A stretch of DNA of 63,420 nt, counting the filler, from Folioceros fuciformis (taxonomy: Eukaryota): the NCBI GenBank assembly GCA_049999805.1. It is 6 parts of 6 records of this genome, joined end to end, with 100 filler letters (N's around TTAATTAATTAA, not from the genome) between each part and the next. Parts side by side here need not be neighbours in the genome. Positions count along the whole stretch, not along the records: positions 46,095 to 53,007 come from JBNGIO010001228.1; positions 53,108 to 58,343 come from JBNGIO010001230.1; positions 58,444 to 63,420 come from JBNGIO010001233.1; 3 more parts are not named here. One strand, written 5' to 3'. The position numbers were made by a program, and so were the translations under genes. Below, piece by piece: positions 48,202-59,720 of this stretch. Positions within the stretch are counted from its first letter, which is position 1. Each line of letters begins with the position of its first letter. Under the pieces are notes generated by a model. That model made no database searches. It had not been told where the DNA came from and worked only from the letters and a program-made list of their open reading frames with translations.

Positions 48202-49302
48202 CCTGTAGGTACTCGCAGCCCCGTCACATTCTTCCTTCACCATTCCTTGCGCGTGCAGACTTGGCACGTCAATCCACGCACCACAGAATATACTTCTGGG
48301 GTGGGGGTATGATTGGGAAAGTGGCACTGGGTGTGTTGGGATCCACGTCCGCACACACGCTGCTTAGACCAAGCTGATGCGCAACAACGGCTCCGGGAGT
48401 CTTTTAAGGAAGTTGTGGGTACAAGGGCTTGCGGCCCGTACTGGTGTATAGTAGGCCTGCGGCATGCCTCATGCGCTCATTTTGTACATGTTGCATGGGC
48501 ACTCGCCCCCAAAGCGGGTTTCCCGTAAGAGTTATCCGATGCAAAAAAAATGGTGGCCGATGTCAGGTCGGCTGCCTGCAGAGGGAGAGTGAGGGAGAGA
48601 TAAGGTTTTATCACAGCTGGAAGCCACTGTCAAATTGCACTTTTACGTACCAAGAGTGTGTGAGTGATGAGAAACGGCTGTGTGGCACAGAGCAACTGGC
48701 GTCGAAGGCCTGCCTTGTGAAGAGCGCTCCCACTACTGAGTCCTGCTTTCTTGCGCAGGTGTCTGTCTGTCTGCACTGGTGCGACGATGGGCTCTGAGCG
48801 AAGTGACCCCTTCGATTGGCTGTGCAGATGGTACTCTTCCTACAGCACAGAGCCACCCAGGAATGAAGCACTGAAGTGATGTTAGGTGGATGAGGCCTGT
48901 ATGGCCGAACGCGGGTGACAGCAAGGGTAGTCAGAGACGCAAGGGTCGTCGGGGATGACAGAAGCAGCTTTAGCTTTTTCTGAACGACGGCAACTTTTTA
49001 GGAACAATGGTAATGTATTAATGAATAATGGCAAGGAAACAAGGGGCTACAGTTCGCCCACAGGAGCAAGATCGTCGGTGAAACAGTTGAACAACTTCGT
49101 GCAACCAACCAACCAACCAACCAAACTTACAAAAAAGGAGAGCTTACGAGGTAACATAGCAAGTTCCTTCAAAGTTAGGTAGTAGTACAACAACCGAGAA
49201 TTCTTAGGCAAATCTATGGGCACTTCTGCCTTAGGCTACTCTAGGGCTGAGTTGAGGATACAGGCCGGCCGGACCTGGAGAGTGGCTGAACTGAATAGCT
49301 GA

Positions 49303-51555
49303 TCACTGGGAACACTGCCAAGCTGAGGCTGCCATGAGGGGCCGGTCATGCCATTTGAGCAAGAGGAAACCACTTGTTTCTTCTACACTGTACCCTTCAG
49401 CAGAAAAGAGGGAGAGCAGCATGCTTGCCTGCCTGTAGGCATTTGCGCCCAGGTGCCGGGGTTGGAAGCCCGCATTGCACATACGGAGTTGCCACTGCGA
49501 CAGATTCTCGTGCCTCTCCACCCTGTCTGCTCCATCACAGGCCACTATGTTACAGATCTCCCTACCCAAGTACATCTCCGCAAGAACCTGGGTTCTACTG
49601 TCGGGGGTATGGTTGCATGCCTCCAGTGAGTCAAACATGGTCGAATAGTAGTGAAGTGCCTCCATGAATCTGTCGAAAAAGACGGGAGAGTTGTGATTCG
49701 CCTCGTGCTCCACAAGAGTGACAATCTTGGGGTTCAGGCTGCGAACCGACTGAAGCACTTCAGCGATAGCTGGGACTGGACCCTTCACTGTAGACATGTC
49801 GCAAGGATCGCCTATTTGCCACACTTCCTCAGGATGAGGCCCCAACAAACGGTGCAGCTGTAGAATAGAATTCACTGCCACAGCCTCGCCCTGCCGCACC
49901 TCAAGAATGTATGGCTTGACGTCGTCAAGTTTGGTAGCAACCACACCCCGGAAGTTAAATTTCACGTTCACAGATCCTGCCAGTTGGGCTAACTTCGTGC
50001 CAATCTCTTGAAGAACGTCAGTTCCTCCGGGCTGAGGAAGACCGATGCCAGTCAGCCTCAGAAATGGAGGGCCCCCAGGCCGCAATGCAAGAGCTTGGAT
50101 CAGGGCTGGCCACTGCAACCCATGCATGAGATTGAAGTCGATGATGTGCACGTTCTGCTCACCCTCAAAGGCCTCCAGGATTGCCTGGTTGGCGGTAAAA
50201 TGCGCAAACTTCAGATACGGACATATCTCATAGAACTGAAAGTGGAGGAGTTCAGAGAGACAGTCAGCCCTCATACCCACCACAGAGTCGTTGTCGCTGA
50301 AGCCATAAATTCGGCGCAACAGCGCATCCGCAAAGTGGACAGCCACCTTCTCCATGGGGCCAGTGCTGCCTCGAGTCAAGAATGCCAGGTCTTGGATTTG
50401 TTTCACAGTCTCATAAGCCCTCACATTGTCATTTGCCTGCACAGCTTGGGCACATGTCACGAGCAGGTGTACCAGCCTGACTCCTGACTCCTCCTGATGC
50501 TGTGGGGCTGCATCCACTTGTTGACTGTCTGCTGGAGAGGGGCCTAAGTCCTGCTGCTCATGTTGAGACAATCTGTTTACCATAGGATTGGCAGCCTCGT
50601 CCATCATCATGCTCATGTGATTGTTCAACGAAGGGTCGGAGAGAACCTGGTTGTCAGCAGAGTGAACACCCGCAGTCTTCAAGGATCTGGGCATTGTAGC
50701 ATCGGAATGGTGGGGTCGGTGGAGAATTTGTTGCTGCGACGGGTCAGGAGCGCCCATCATCTGTTGCGGTAGCCCTGAGGGTACAGCGATAGGGCCTCCC
50801 ACAACCCCATAAGGCGAGACTGGGTGAGAGTTTGCGTGATAATAATTGTGACTAAGCTGGTTGGCAGAGGCCTGCCATTGCTGGTCGACAGTCTCACCGA
50901 CAGAGGCATCGTGAGGTCCATGAAGGCCCGTCGATCCTACCATGCCTGTGGATCCATCGTACTTATCCATATAGATATTAGGCTGCCCTTGAAAGCCTTG
51001 TTGCAATTTGGGTGCATAGGGGAGGCAGTTCTGGGATTCGGCCATGGAAACCACTGGATCCAAAGTCATATTCATGGGGGAGCTTGCACTGATGTTGCGC
51101 ATGGAGGAGGAGGGGCTGTTGGTGTCTGCCATCATGTTGCTACCAGCAACAGACGCCAAGTCAGGTGTAGCCACACCTGCAGCATACACACCAGGAGCCC
51201 CCGACACGTTTGACGAACCAGAGAGTTGCTCCTTGATCATCGCCTCTATCCAGACCGCCATCTCAGAAGGATTATTGTGCATGGCCTCATTCAGCAGCTG
51301 CAAAATGTTCCCTTCCGAAGCCGAGCCAACAACATTCTCCAGCATCTCTAACTTATGGGCCACATCATCCAGGTCTGCTGAGCCTTTGACACTGTAACTC
51401 ACATTGGCCAGAAACTCGTCAATTCCGGCTGCCCCAAGGGTGGAGCCTTCCAGCATCGCCCCATCCCTGTGCCTATCTACCATTCCTTGCGCCTCGTGCC
51501 CGGCATGGTAGAGAGCTGCTCTGGAGGAATCCTTCAATTGTGCCGACGTACTCAT
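49303..51555 (-). CDS. DELLA: DELLA-subfamily GRAS transcriptional regulator, intronless, ~750 aa
   Basis: First ATG at 51555 (MSTSAQ). DELLA-like IDEFLANVSYSV, LExLE-like KLEMLE, VHYNP-like MHNNPSEMAVW; GRAS motifs GVRLVHLLVTCA, CPYLKFAHFTANQAILEAF, VHIID, QWPALIQALALRPGGPP, RVERHE, ASAW. Confidence 0.95.
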   Translation of the reverse strand: MSTSAQLKDSSRAALYHAGHEAQGMVDRHRDGAMLEGSTLGAAGIDEFLANVSYSVKGSADLDDVAHKLEMLENVVGSASEGNILQLLNEAMHNNPSEMAVWIEAMIKEQLSGSSNVSGAPGVYAAGVATPDLASVAGSNMMADTNSPSSSMRNISASSPMNMTLDPVVSMAESQNCLPYAPKLQQGFQGQPNIYMDKYDGSTGMVGSTGLHGPHDASVGETVDQQWQASANQLSHNYYHANSHPVSPYGVVGGPIAVPSGLPQQMMGAPDPSQQQILHRPHHSDATMPRSLKTAGVHSADNQVLSDPSLNNHMSMMMDEAANPMVNRLSQHEQQDLGPSPADSQQVDAAPQHQEESGVRLVHLLVTCAQAVQANDNVRAYETVKQIQDLAFLTRGSTGPMEKVAVHFADALLRRIYGFSDNDSVVGMRADCLSELLHFQFYEICPYLKFAHFTANQAILEAFEGEQNVHIIDFNLMHGLQWPALIQALALRPGGPPFLRLTGIGLPQPGGTDVLQEIGTKLAQLAGSVNVKFNFRGVVATKLDDVKPYILEVRQGEAVAVNSILQLHRLLGPHPEEVWQIGDPCDMSTVKGPVPAIAEVLQSVRSLNPKIVTLVEHEANHNSPVFFDRFMEALHYYSTMFDSLEACNHTPDSRTQVLAEMYLGREICNIVACDGADRVERHENLSQWQLRMCNAGFQPRHLGANAYRQASMLLSLFSAEGYSVEETSGFLLLKWHDRPLMAASAWQCSQ

Positions 51556-53007
51556 GGTGGGCACCCGTGACAGAGGATCAACTCCTCTGTGCCTGGGACA
51601 GGTATGGGGAGTGTCTTCCTCAGGAAGGGCACCATAAGAGCACCAGTACCTGAGGACCTTCACCCGCGCACATGCAGGGGAAGGAAGAAGGACAAAAAGA
51701 AGGAGACGAAAGCGGGAGAAGGAAGGGAAGGCGAAAGCGGAGCAAAGAAGGAGAGCTGTCCCGGAGGCGCCGTTCCCTGGTGCCGGGGAGGAAACCAGTC
51801 TACATACGAGGTAGGCTGTGAAGACACAGAAGATATCCCGCCACCCTCCTCCCACACCTTTCTGCCCTCCCTACCTACAGATCCTTGTACCGCATTTTCT
51901 CACAGGTACACAGTCCTGCAAAGCAAGGCAGCCGCGAGATGTGAAAAAGCTATGCGGAAACCCGTCCCAAGAAGTGCGCAAGCGTGAGGAGAAGCGCAGT
52001 CATGGCAATTCCCCTGACCGCGACCAGGACCACCACACGCACCCTCTCTCTCACACTGTCAAGCACCCACAACGCTCGCAAGGACCCAAACGCCAAAAGC
52101 CCACCCCATTGACACAATGCAGACAAGCCGTAATGAGGAGCGGGAAGCAAGAGCCGGCGCCAGGCCGCTCACCAATTGCCACGAACAGGCACGCAGGCCG
52201 GAGCCCGGGTCGGGCCCGGGCGGTGGCGGTGGCGCGGGCAGGGTAGCGCGATCAGGGGCAGATCCGGGAGCCGGAATTCGGCGGCAGCAGAGGCGGGAGG
52301 GCAGGGCGGAGGGGGCAATTGAGGAGCGAGCAGGGAGGAGGCGGGCAGTGGCAGGCGCGCATACAGGCAGCGGCAGACGCAGTGGCATTGAATGGCGGGG
52401 AGCAAGAGACGGGGTCTTTATGACCTCACACACTGTCACACACCTGCTGCTTGTGCTGGTGTCCGTCCTTGCGCAGCGGCCTTCCCTAGGGCGCTGCGAG
52501 CTCCTGCTCCTCCAGCCGCAGCTGCAGCACTGTCTTCTGCGGAGCCCAGCCGAGCCCAGCGCAGTCCAGGAGAGCGCCAGCCTCTACGGCCCTCTGCCTC
52601 GGCCTCGGCCTCTGCCTCTGCGGCCCTCTGCCTCTGCCTTCACCTCGACTTCGGCTTCGGCCTTGCTCGCTCACTCGCTCCCAGGCCAGGCGTCAGCAAT
52701 GAATGCTCACCTCATGCTCTTCAACAGGCGCTAGCGGGGGCCAGACGCCCCCCGCCCTCTCCACGGCAGCCGAGGAACGCCAAGCCCGGGCGCTCCCGCC
52801 CTCGCTCCTGCTGCTGTGCTCGCGACTCCCAAGTCGTCTCAACTCGATACGGCTCGACTCGTCTCGTCTCGTCTCACCCCCTGCCCGGTGCTCACTTTAC
52901 TTCACTGCTTCACGCTACGCTGTGATCACATCACGTCACATCACCGGCTCGCCTTTCCCGGATGACCGGCTGCACCGGATAGGCCGAGCACTGCGCAGCT
53001 GTCACCA

Positions 53008-53107
53008 NNNNNNNNNNNNNNNNNNNNNNNNNNNNNNNNNNNNNNNNNNNNTTAATTAATTAANNNNNNNNNNNNNNNNNNNNNNNNNNNNNNNNNNNNN
53101 NNNNNNN
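53008..53107. other. Assembly spacer
   Basis: N run with TTAATTAATTAA. Confidence 0.98.
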
Positions 53108-54788
53108 TTTCAATTCTTGTCATGCACAACACACAACCATACACAAACAGTACCCAGTTCAGTGACAAGACACTGATGAATGAATGCTACACTGCCACTG
53201 CAACTCCTCTGTCACTGGCCCACTGTCGCCTGCCACAGTCCTTTCACACTTTTCCCCCAGTTGCCAACTCCCTCCCTCGATCGATTGCATGTATGACCAG
53301 CCCACCAGCAAATATCGGCTTCAACCAGGGCCGTTGCTGCCGCTCCACGTGGTCGACTGCCCTCGCTCGCTATCCATGGACATATTTCATCCAAACACGC
53401 CCTACCCTCCGACCTCCTCCTCCTCCTCCTCCTCCTCCTCTTCCATCGAAACACGCCGCCATGGCCAATGCCTTCCCTGCATTCCCAGCTGGACTGGTAC
53501 TAGGAGTAGGAGTATAGGAGTATAGGAGTCGGAGTCGGAGTCGGGGCAGGAATTGACGTAGAAGCAACAACAGCAGCAGAAGCAGAATCAGGAGGAAGTA
53601 GGAGAAGAACAGGTCTGGAAATCACGCACGCCACCTTGCACCTTCCCCTGCACCACGCCTTTCACCCTTCGGCTCCCCATGTCCTACCCATATCCATACC
53701 CATACCCATACCCATATGGTAACAAGATTAAAAAGAACGGCAACGTTACCGGCCTCCTCGCCGTACGTACATGTACCATGTACAGTGCACACAACACTTG
53801 GTAACTAAAAATCTTGGAGAACCATGACGAAAAAAAAAAGTGTGAGGGATAGAGTGGCAGTCAGCAGTGTGCATTACGCTGCCCTTCTCTGCACTGCTCT
53901 ATTATTTGCTGGTCGTGTGCACACCATCCGTTTCCATTCCTCTCTTTCTACACCATCTTTGCTTTGCGTCTCTCTCCTGTCCTTTATCTTCCCCTGCCGC
54001 TCCCGATTTCATTTTCGTCACCCATTTCTTGCGACACCGTTGGCGGCTTGGCTCGGCTCAGCCCGGCACGACTAGACCCAGCAGCGGCTTCCTCCTCCCT
54101 TGCCTTGCCCAATTTCCTCTCCGTCACCTTCCGGCCGCCGTCCCGCCAATTGGCTGCCCCTCTGCTCTGCTCTGCCCTGCCCTCCCCTCCCCCTGCTCTG
54201 CGCTGTTGCTCCCTGTCGTTCCCCTTCACTGTGCGCCCGCGCCCGCCATTCTTCTACCGGCCTTACTTCTTGCTCTCTTGATTCTCAATTCTCAGCAAGG
54301 CTCAGGGGCTCGATTCATGTGTCTCCGCTAGGGTTGATTGCGCCCCGGATTTGCATTCGACGCCACCTCCTCCTCCGCCCCTCCCATCACTGGAATCTCA
54401 TGTTGGAGCCAGCCCTTGGGTTATTTCAGATCGTCCCTGCGCTTGCCGCTACTGCTCTGCCTCTGCTCTTGCTGCCGCTGTCTCGTGTGGACCCTTGAGT
54501 GTGTCTCCGCCGTCGCCCGCACCTTTGCCTTCTCTTTTGTCTCCCCCCTCAAGGCCCGGCTGTGTGCTTCGTGCTTGGTGCCTGCTGCCCTTCTTTGCTG
54601 CTCTTTTGCCTGCCCGAATTTGGAGCAGTCTTGAGGGAACGCCTTCCCGCCTTCTTGCGGGAGGGAGATTGGCCACTGCCCGCTCAGCTCAAGCTGCTAC
54701 CTGCCATCACTGAGACTCCTTCGGGAGTCTTCACTCGTCACCAACGGCACCTCGGGGGATCAAAAATCTGGAAGAGCTGGATAGGGAT

Positions 54789-56232
54789 ATGACCCGCCGC
54801 TGCTCGCACTGCGGCCACAATGGACACAATTCGCGGACTTGTCCGGATCGCGGTGTGCGTCTCTTCGGGGTCAGGTTGACGGACGGCATGAGGAAGAGCG
54901 CCAGCATGGGCAATCTTTGCCACTATGTGACTGCCAGCAATCCTCCTTCCACTCCGGAGCACTCCGAGTCTGGAGCCGCCAACGATGGATACGTGTCGGA
55001 CGGGCTTATGCAGACCTCGAGTAATGCTCGTGAGCGCAAGAAAGGTACTCACTTCACTCGAGGAATTTCGCTACGTCCAGCACTTTTTCTTATGCCCCAT
55101 ACGCATTGCTTGCGGATGTAGATTGCACACCCATGTGCCTCTGTTTGTCATGGATGTTTTTATCACAGAGTCCTTCCTTTCCATAACCACCAAGCCCGTT
55201 GCTCCGATGAGGCCCGGCGTACATCCGCACTTACTTGTTTCCATGGTCATCGTACCTTTCAGGTGTTCCCTGGACTGAGGAGGAACATCGAATGTTTCTT
55301 TTGGGGCTGCAGAAGCTGGGCAAAGGGGACTGGAGAGGGATCTCAAGGAATTTTGTTCAATCTAGAACTCCTACTCAAGTAGCAAGCCATGCTCAGAAGT
55401 TCTTTATACGACAGACCAACCTGAACAAGAGGAAACGTCGCTCCAGCTTGTTCGACATAGTCTCTGAAGCGGTGTGTCTCATTCTTTCTTCTCAATTTAT
55501 GCTGGCAACTAGCTCCCTTTTCCGTGTGCCACCTCTCTCTGCTTTTGGGTTTCCAGGTGCTCATGTATAGCATTGATGGTGCAGGGCCCCAGTCCAACTG
55601 CTGAGGAAGTGGTCTCCAAGGCCGCAGACATCGTTCCGCCCCTGCATCAACTCAGTCTTGGCCAGGGCACCGTGTTTAACACTGGACACTTCTTTGAAGC
55701 CGCAGGCCAGCAAGGCTTTATGAGACCATTCTCCGTGCCTCCCCTGAACCCCGTCACCTCCATTGCACCAGTTCCCGTCCCGGTCATCTCCTTGTCCAGC
55801 TCAGAGCAGGCTGGGGAGTCCACTAGTTTTGGCTTCAGCTTAGAACCTGTGATACCTGTGGTGCAGAGGCCTGTCGCTGTTCCAGCTCCCAATCCTCCAC
55901 TGGCTGCTGCTGCAGGACTTGCTGTACCGTACTCCTACGCCCTGTGGCCTGGGCTCGCACCTCCGGGTTATGGAAGGCCAGTAGTCAGTTCCAGTTCCAA
56001 AGTTGTCAGGCCTACGGCATCCATCCCCCCTGTGCCCAGTAAGCCAGACGAATCCCCGGAGATTGCCAGGCTCACTCTGGGCCTGTCTCAACCATCTTCT
56101 GAGCCATCACCACTCACTCTCAAGCTGCTGGAGCAACCGTCAAGACACTCGGCGTTCCATGCGAACTCAAGTCTTAGCGCCAATAGTCTGAACTCTGGTG
56201 GAGGTCTGACCAGTGCCATAAGTGTTGTCTAG
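54789..56232 (+). CDS. MYB-related (SHAQKY-class) transcription factor with CCHC knuckle, KUA1/MYBH/MYBS3-like, 3 exons
   Basis: Exons 54789-55044, 55263-55471, 55585-56232. [38 protein letters not shown]...[19 protein letters not shown]-terminal LTLKL, SRHSAFH and AISVV*. Confidence 0.94.
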
Positions 56233-57611
56233 ATGTGTGTTTGGTGTCAATTCTCTTCCTTTATTTTGCAGATTTAAATTGCTCTGTACATAGATAAATT
56301 CTTTGGATGAGCCTGGTCTGCAGTCCCAGGTTGTAAAGTAGAGACTTACTACATGTGGAGAGTTGAGTCAGAAGAGTAGATGAGTTGGGTAGAGGCAACG
56401 TAGACAGTAGTCCGTGCGTCAGAAAGGTTTTGCTTAGAACATTTTTGGTCCTTCGTTGGCAGCAGTGTGTGGTTATGCACAGGTCATTTGTTGCATACTA
56501 ATATTTCAATGTGCAATTGAACTCGGGCCATTTGCGCCCAGAAATTGATCAGGTCATGACTGGATCTTGTATTTTCTAACCACATAGACTGGTGTCGGAA
56601 ATGTTCCAAAACTTGTGCATTTTTAGCGAGTGAAGAGTCTTAGTCGCCATTTTTTCTGTCAGTACGTGGAGCAATGTGTGACTGAAGCTTTGCAAGTTCG
56701 GCAGAGAGCTGATGAACAGAAAATGATCGGCTGGGAGGACGTGGAATTACGCGAGGTCATATACATCTGCCCCAGGTGGCCCTCATAGGCAAGCTTTTCG
56801 TTTTCTCAAATTCATCCTTTAGTGGGTTTTCGATTGGTTAGATGCGAGCTCAAAAGTGGCGTGTTGGCAGGGTGGCGTCCGGTGGTACGACGGCCGATCT
56901 AGTTTCTGGCTTTGATCGTAAGCGTCCCAGAAGGGAGGTTTAGTCCCCGACTTTTTGCCGGATGTGGGGCATCCTCGCACACCGTTGGCGGCGAGTTTCT
57001 TCGAGGGACACGTCCCCGAAATTTCGGACGTGGCCACACGCCGGGTATCTGATTGCTGCCTGAAGAGACGAACTTTTCTGAGCCTCCTCTATTACTGCTG
57101 TCCGTGCTTGGTATGCCAGCCGGCAAGCATCTAAAGGGGTCGCCTGCAACCTTGTAGCTGCAGCACAATTGCCTCATCCCCATGGATGCCACGGTTCTGC
57201 CGGAGGAGTAGGAAAAGGAACAGCTGGAACCTAGTGTACGATATTTCGGCGACAAAAGCCGAAGAGTGGCAGGGCATGCCTTGTCGATTTCACAGAGTTT
57301 GAGGCCATTCCAGGACAAAATTATTCATCATGTAAATGATGGGAACGCACCCCGAAGGATACGCGCACAAGGTAATTCAGCGTTTTTTTGGAGTCCGAGC
57401 AAAGGCGATCCTATTAAAAGTAAAAATCAACTCTTAGGATTTGAGCATTATATATATTATTATAAGTTTTATAAATATTTATGTCTTTCTCTGACTTTCA
57501 TAGGTCATTGCCAACAGCTATTGTAGGTTCTTTTTGGAGTGAAACTGGTTATAGAAGATGTCTATTTTATCTTATCAAGAGAAGAAATGAGTTCCATCGA
57601 ACCAAATGGGC

Positions 57612-57755
57612 GTGTTGTCTCCATGGACTCTAGAAGTAGTCCACACAATACTTGGAGAGGTGTTGTCTTCATGGACTCTAGAAGTAGTCCACACAATACT
57701 TGGAGAGGTGTTGTCTCCATGAACTCTAGAAGTAGTCCACACAATACTTGGAGAG
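57612..57755. repeat. 48-bp tandem repeat x3
   Basis: GTGTTGTCTCCATGGACTCTAGAAGTAGTCCACACAATACTTGGAGAG at 57612, 57660 and 57708. A ~23-bp TGTGAACTTACACAC array follows at ~58030..58120. Confidence 0.92.
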
Positions 57756-58343
57756 GCTCACGATCAGATAGTGAAGGTGATGTTGGGTAGGATGAAATTT
57801 CCACCCATCCACATGGTGTGGCTCATCTTATAAAGGATTTGGAGTTATACGAGAGTCCCATTAGACAAGAAGGACTCTCCAATTTTTCATATGGCAACCA
57901 TTGTGAGAGGACGAGAGAATGGTATCATGTTGTGAGAGCCACAACTACTCTTGATGCTAGACAATTGACTACTACCCTCATCATGGTCCACTCACTTGGT
58001 GAGATTAGGTTGGACATAGGCAAGATCCATATGTGAACTTACACACACAAAGCATGTGTGAACTTACACACACAAAGCACGTGTGAACTTACAAGCACAA
58101 ATCACATATGTGAACTTACATCCATTGTTGTTTTCGGGAAAATCTCCAAGTAACCTCATCCTAGATCGTACATTATGTCTAAAAAGTCATTGGGTTTCTG
58201 TCTACACACATATTAAATTGAATGGTAGTTTTCAAGTGTTAAATTGCATGGCAGCTTTCAAGTGAAGATGGATACCCATACTCTAGACTAGTTGAAGAGC
58301 TCATTTCTAAAGGTCTTGGATTCAAGGAGAACTGCCTAGTTGC

Positions 58344-58443
58344 NNNNNNNNNNNNNNNNNNNNNNNNNNNNNNNNNNNNNNNNNNNNTTAATTAATTAAN
58401 NNNNNNNNNNNNNNNNNNNNNNNNNNNNNNNNNNNNNNNNNNN
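58344..58443. other. Assembly spacer
   Basis: N run with TTAATTAATTAA. Confidence 0.98.
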
Positions 58444-58635
58444 TGGCGCCTCGTTGGCACCTGGGTGGCGTCCCGTTGGTGCCCAAGTGGTGCCTTGCCG
58501 GCGCCCGGGTGGTGCCCAAGTGGTGCCTTGCTGGCACCTGGGTGGCGCCCAAGTGGCGCCTCGCTTGCGCCCGGGTAGCGCCCTAGTGGCGCCTCGCTGG
58601 CGCCTGGATAGCGCCCCAATGGCACCTTGCTAGCG
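58444..58635. repeat. GC-rich 30-bp tandem repeat, internal to the LTR element beginning at 59210
   Basis: About six units like TGGCGCCTCGCTGGCGCCCGGGTGGCGCCCAAG; gives the 10-aa periodic PLGRYPGASEA ORF. Confidence 0.85.
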
Positions 58636-58788
58636 CCCCGCTGGCACGCCCTAGCCCTAGCTAGCGCGCGACCTCCTAGCCGACGGTGGCGCCCTTGTTG
58701 CCGCCGCCTGGCGCCCCGGCCCGTGCTCCTCCTAAATGTCCATCCTTATGAACTTGCGCCTTTGTCCGTAGCACCTACAACAGACAAC

Positions 58789-58916
58789 CATCTTGCTCCA
58801 CACCGTAGCTCTGATACCACCATCTTGCTCCACACCCTAGCTCTAATACCACCATCTTGCTCTACACCCTAGCTCTGAAACCACCATCTTGCTCCACACC
58901 CTAGCTTTGATACCAC
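58789..58916 (-). repeat. Four tandem 32-bp units, each containing a tRNA-iMet primer-binding site
   Basis: Minus-strand unit GTGGTATCAGAGCTAGGGTGTGGAGCAAGATG x4, immediately after the LTR end. Confidence 0.92.
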
Positions 58917-58917
58917 T

Positions 58918-59210
58918 TGAAAGATCGATAGAGGAGCATGGTGAAGGAGAGGAGAGGAGGAAGCAAGGAGGAGAGGAGAAAGAGAGGTCACACTCTCACA
59001 ATGAGTCTCTCAATATGCAAAGGAGCTCAAGGGGGTATTTATACCCTCTAGAAGAGCTCCCCAGGAAGCTTTACAAGAAGCCCACACGAAGCTGTACAAG
59101 AAGCTTCCTACAGATTAGCTTAAGCTAATCTAAACTAATGATACTTAACCAGACACTAATCTTAGACTAAACACATTAGTCTAAGCACATTGGGCTTTAA
59201 TAACCCTACA
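58918..59210 (-). mobile_element. 5' LTR (293 bp, TG...CA) of an LTR element nested in a Copia gag
   Basis: TGTAGGG...CTTTCA followed by AG-TGGTATCAAAGC (PBS); homologous to the solo LTR at 45060. Confidence 0.9.
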
Positions 59211-59720
59211 AAGGAATACCTTGTTCACGAGACTGCCCGTCTCATAACGCTCCCTGAATTGGTCCTAAACGTCCTTTGAGGTTTCTGTTGTGCGCACCAT
59301 TTAAAGTTGAGTGTCTCGGAGGTTCAGGCTGATCGTAACAAATGCTTTGCGATCCCCCTTTTTCCATTTCGATGCTCCAGCTGTATCCTAGCGTTTGGCG
59401 AATTCTCCTTCCCGTTTACCACATCCTAGACTTCCTTCTCTTCCAACAAGATTTGCATCTTTAACTTCCACATATAGTAGTTTGTTCCATGGAACTTCTC
59501 AACGATGTGCAGGGTTTCGATTGTCACTGCTGCTTAATCTTGTGGACCCATAACCTATAGAAAACAAAGCTCACAGCACACGCGTAGTGAGGGATGCTGT
59601 AAGAGCACAACATAAAAAAGGAGCAGTGATGAAAGAGTGCTCAATAGTCAGAATGAGACTAAGATGGAGTAACAATGGGAAAGGCACAGCACAATGAGGT
59701 GTGCCTTTGCACCCCTTAAA
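59211..59720 (-). mobile_element. Ty1/Copia 5' remnant: LTR end, half-tRNA-type PBS and start of gag
   Basis: Minus strand GGTTATGGGTCCA at 59555..59543, then IVEKFHGTNYYMWKLKMQILLEEKEV*DVV (Copia gag N-terminus), interrupted at 59210. Right boundary approximate. Confidence 0.75.

Noticed and set aside
51556-51855. 100-codon in-frame N-terminal extension of DELLA
   Set aside because: Starts at a non-ATG codon, has no Met before 51555, and is pyrimidine-rich UTR- or intron-like sequence.
9331-58443. Recurrent TTAATTAATTAA palindrome at five sites
   Set aside because: Always centred in a 100-nt N run; an artificial contig linker with stops in all frames.
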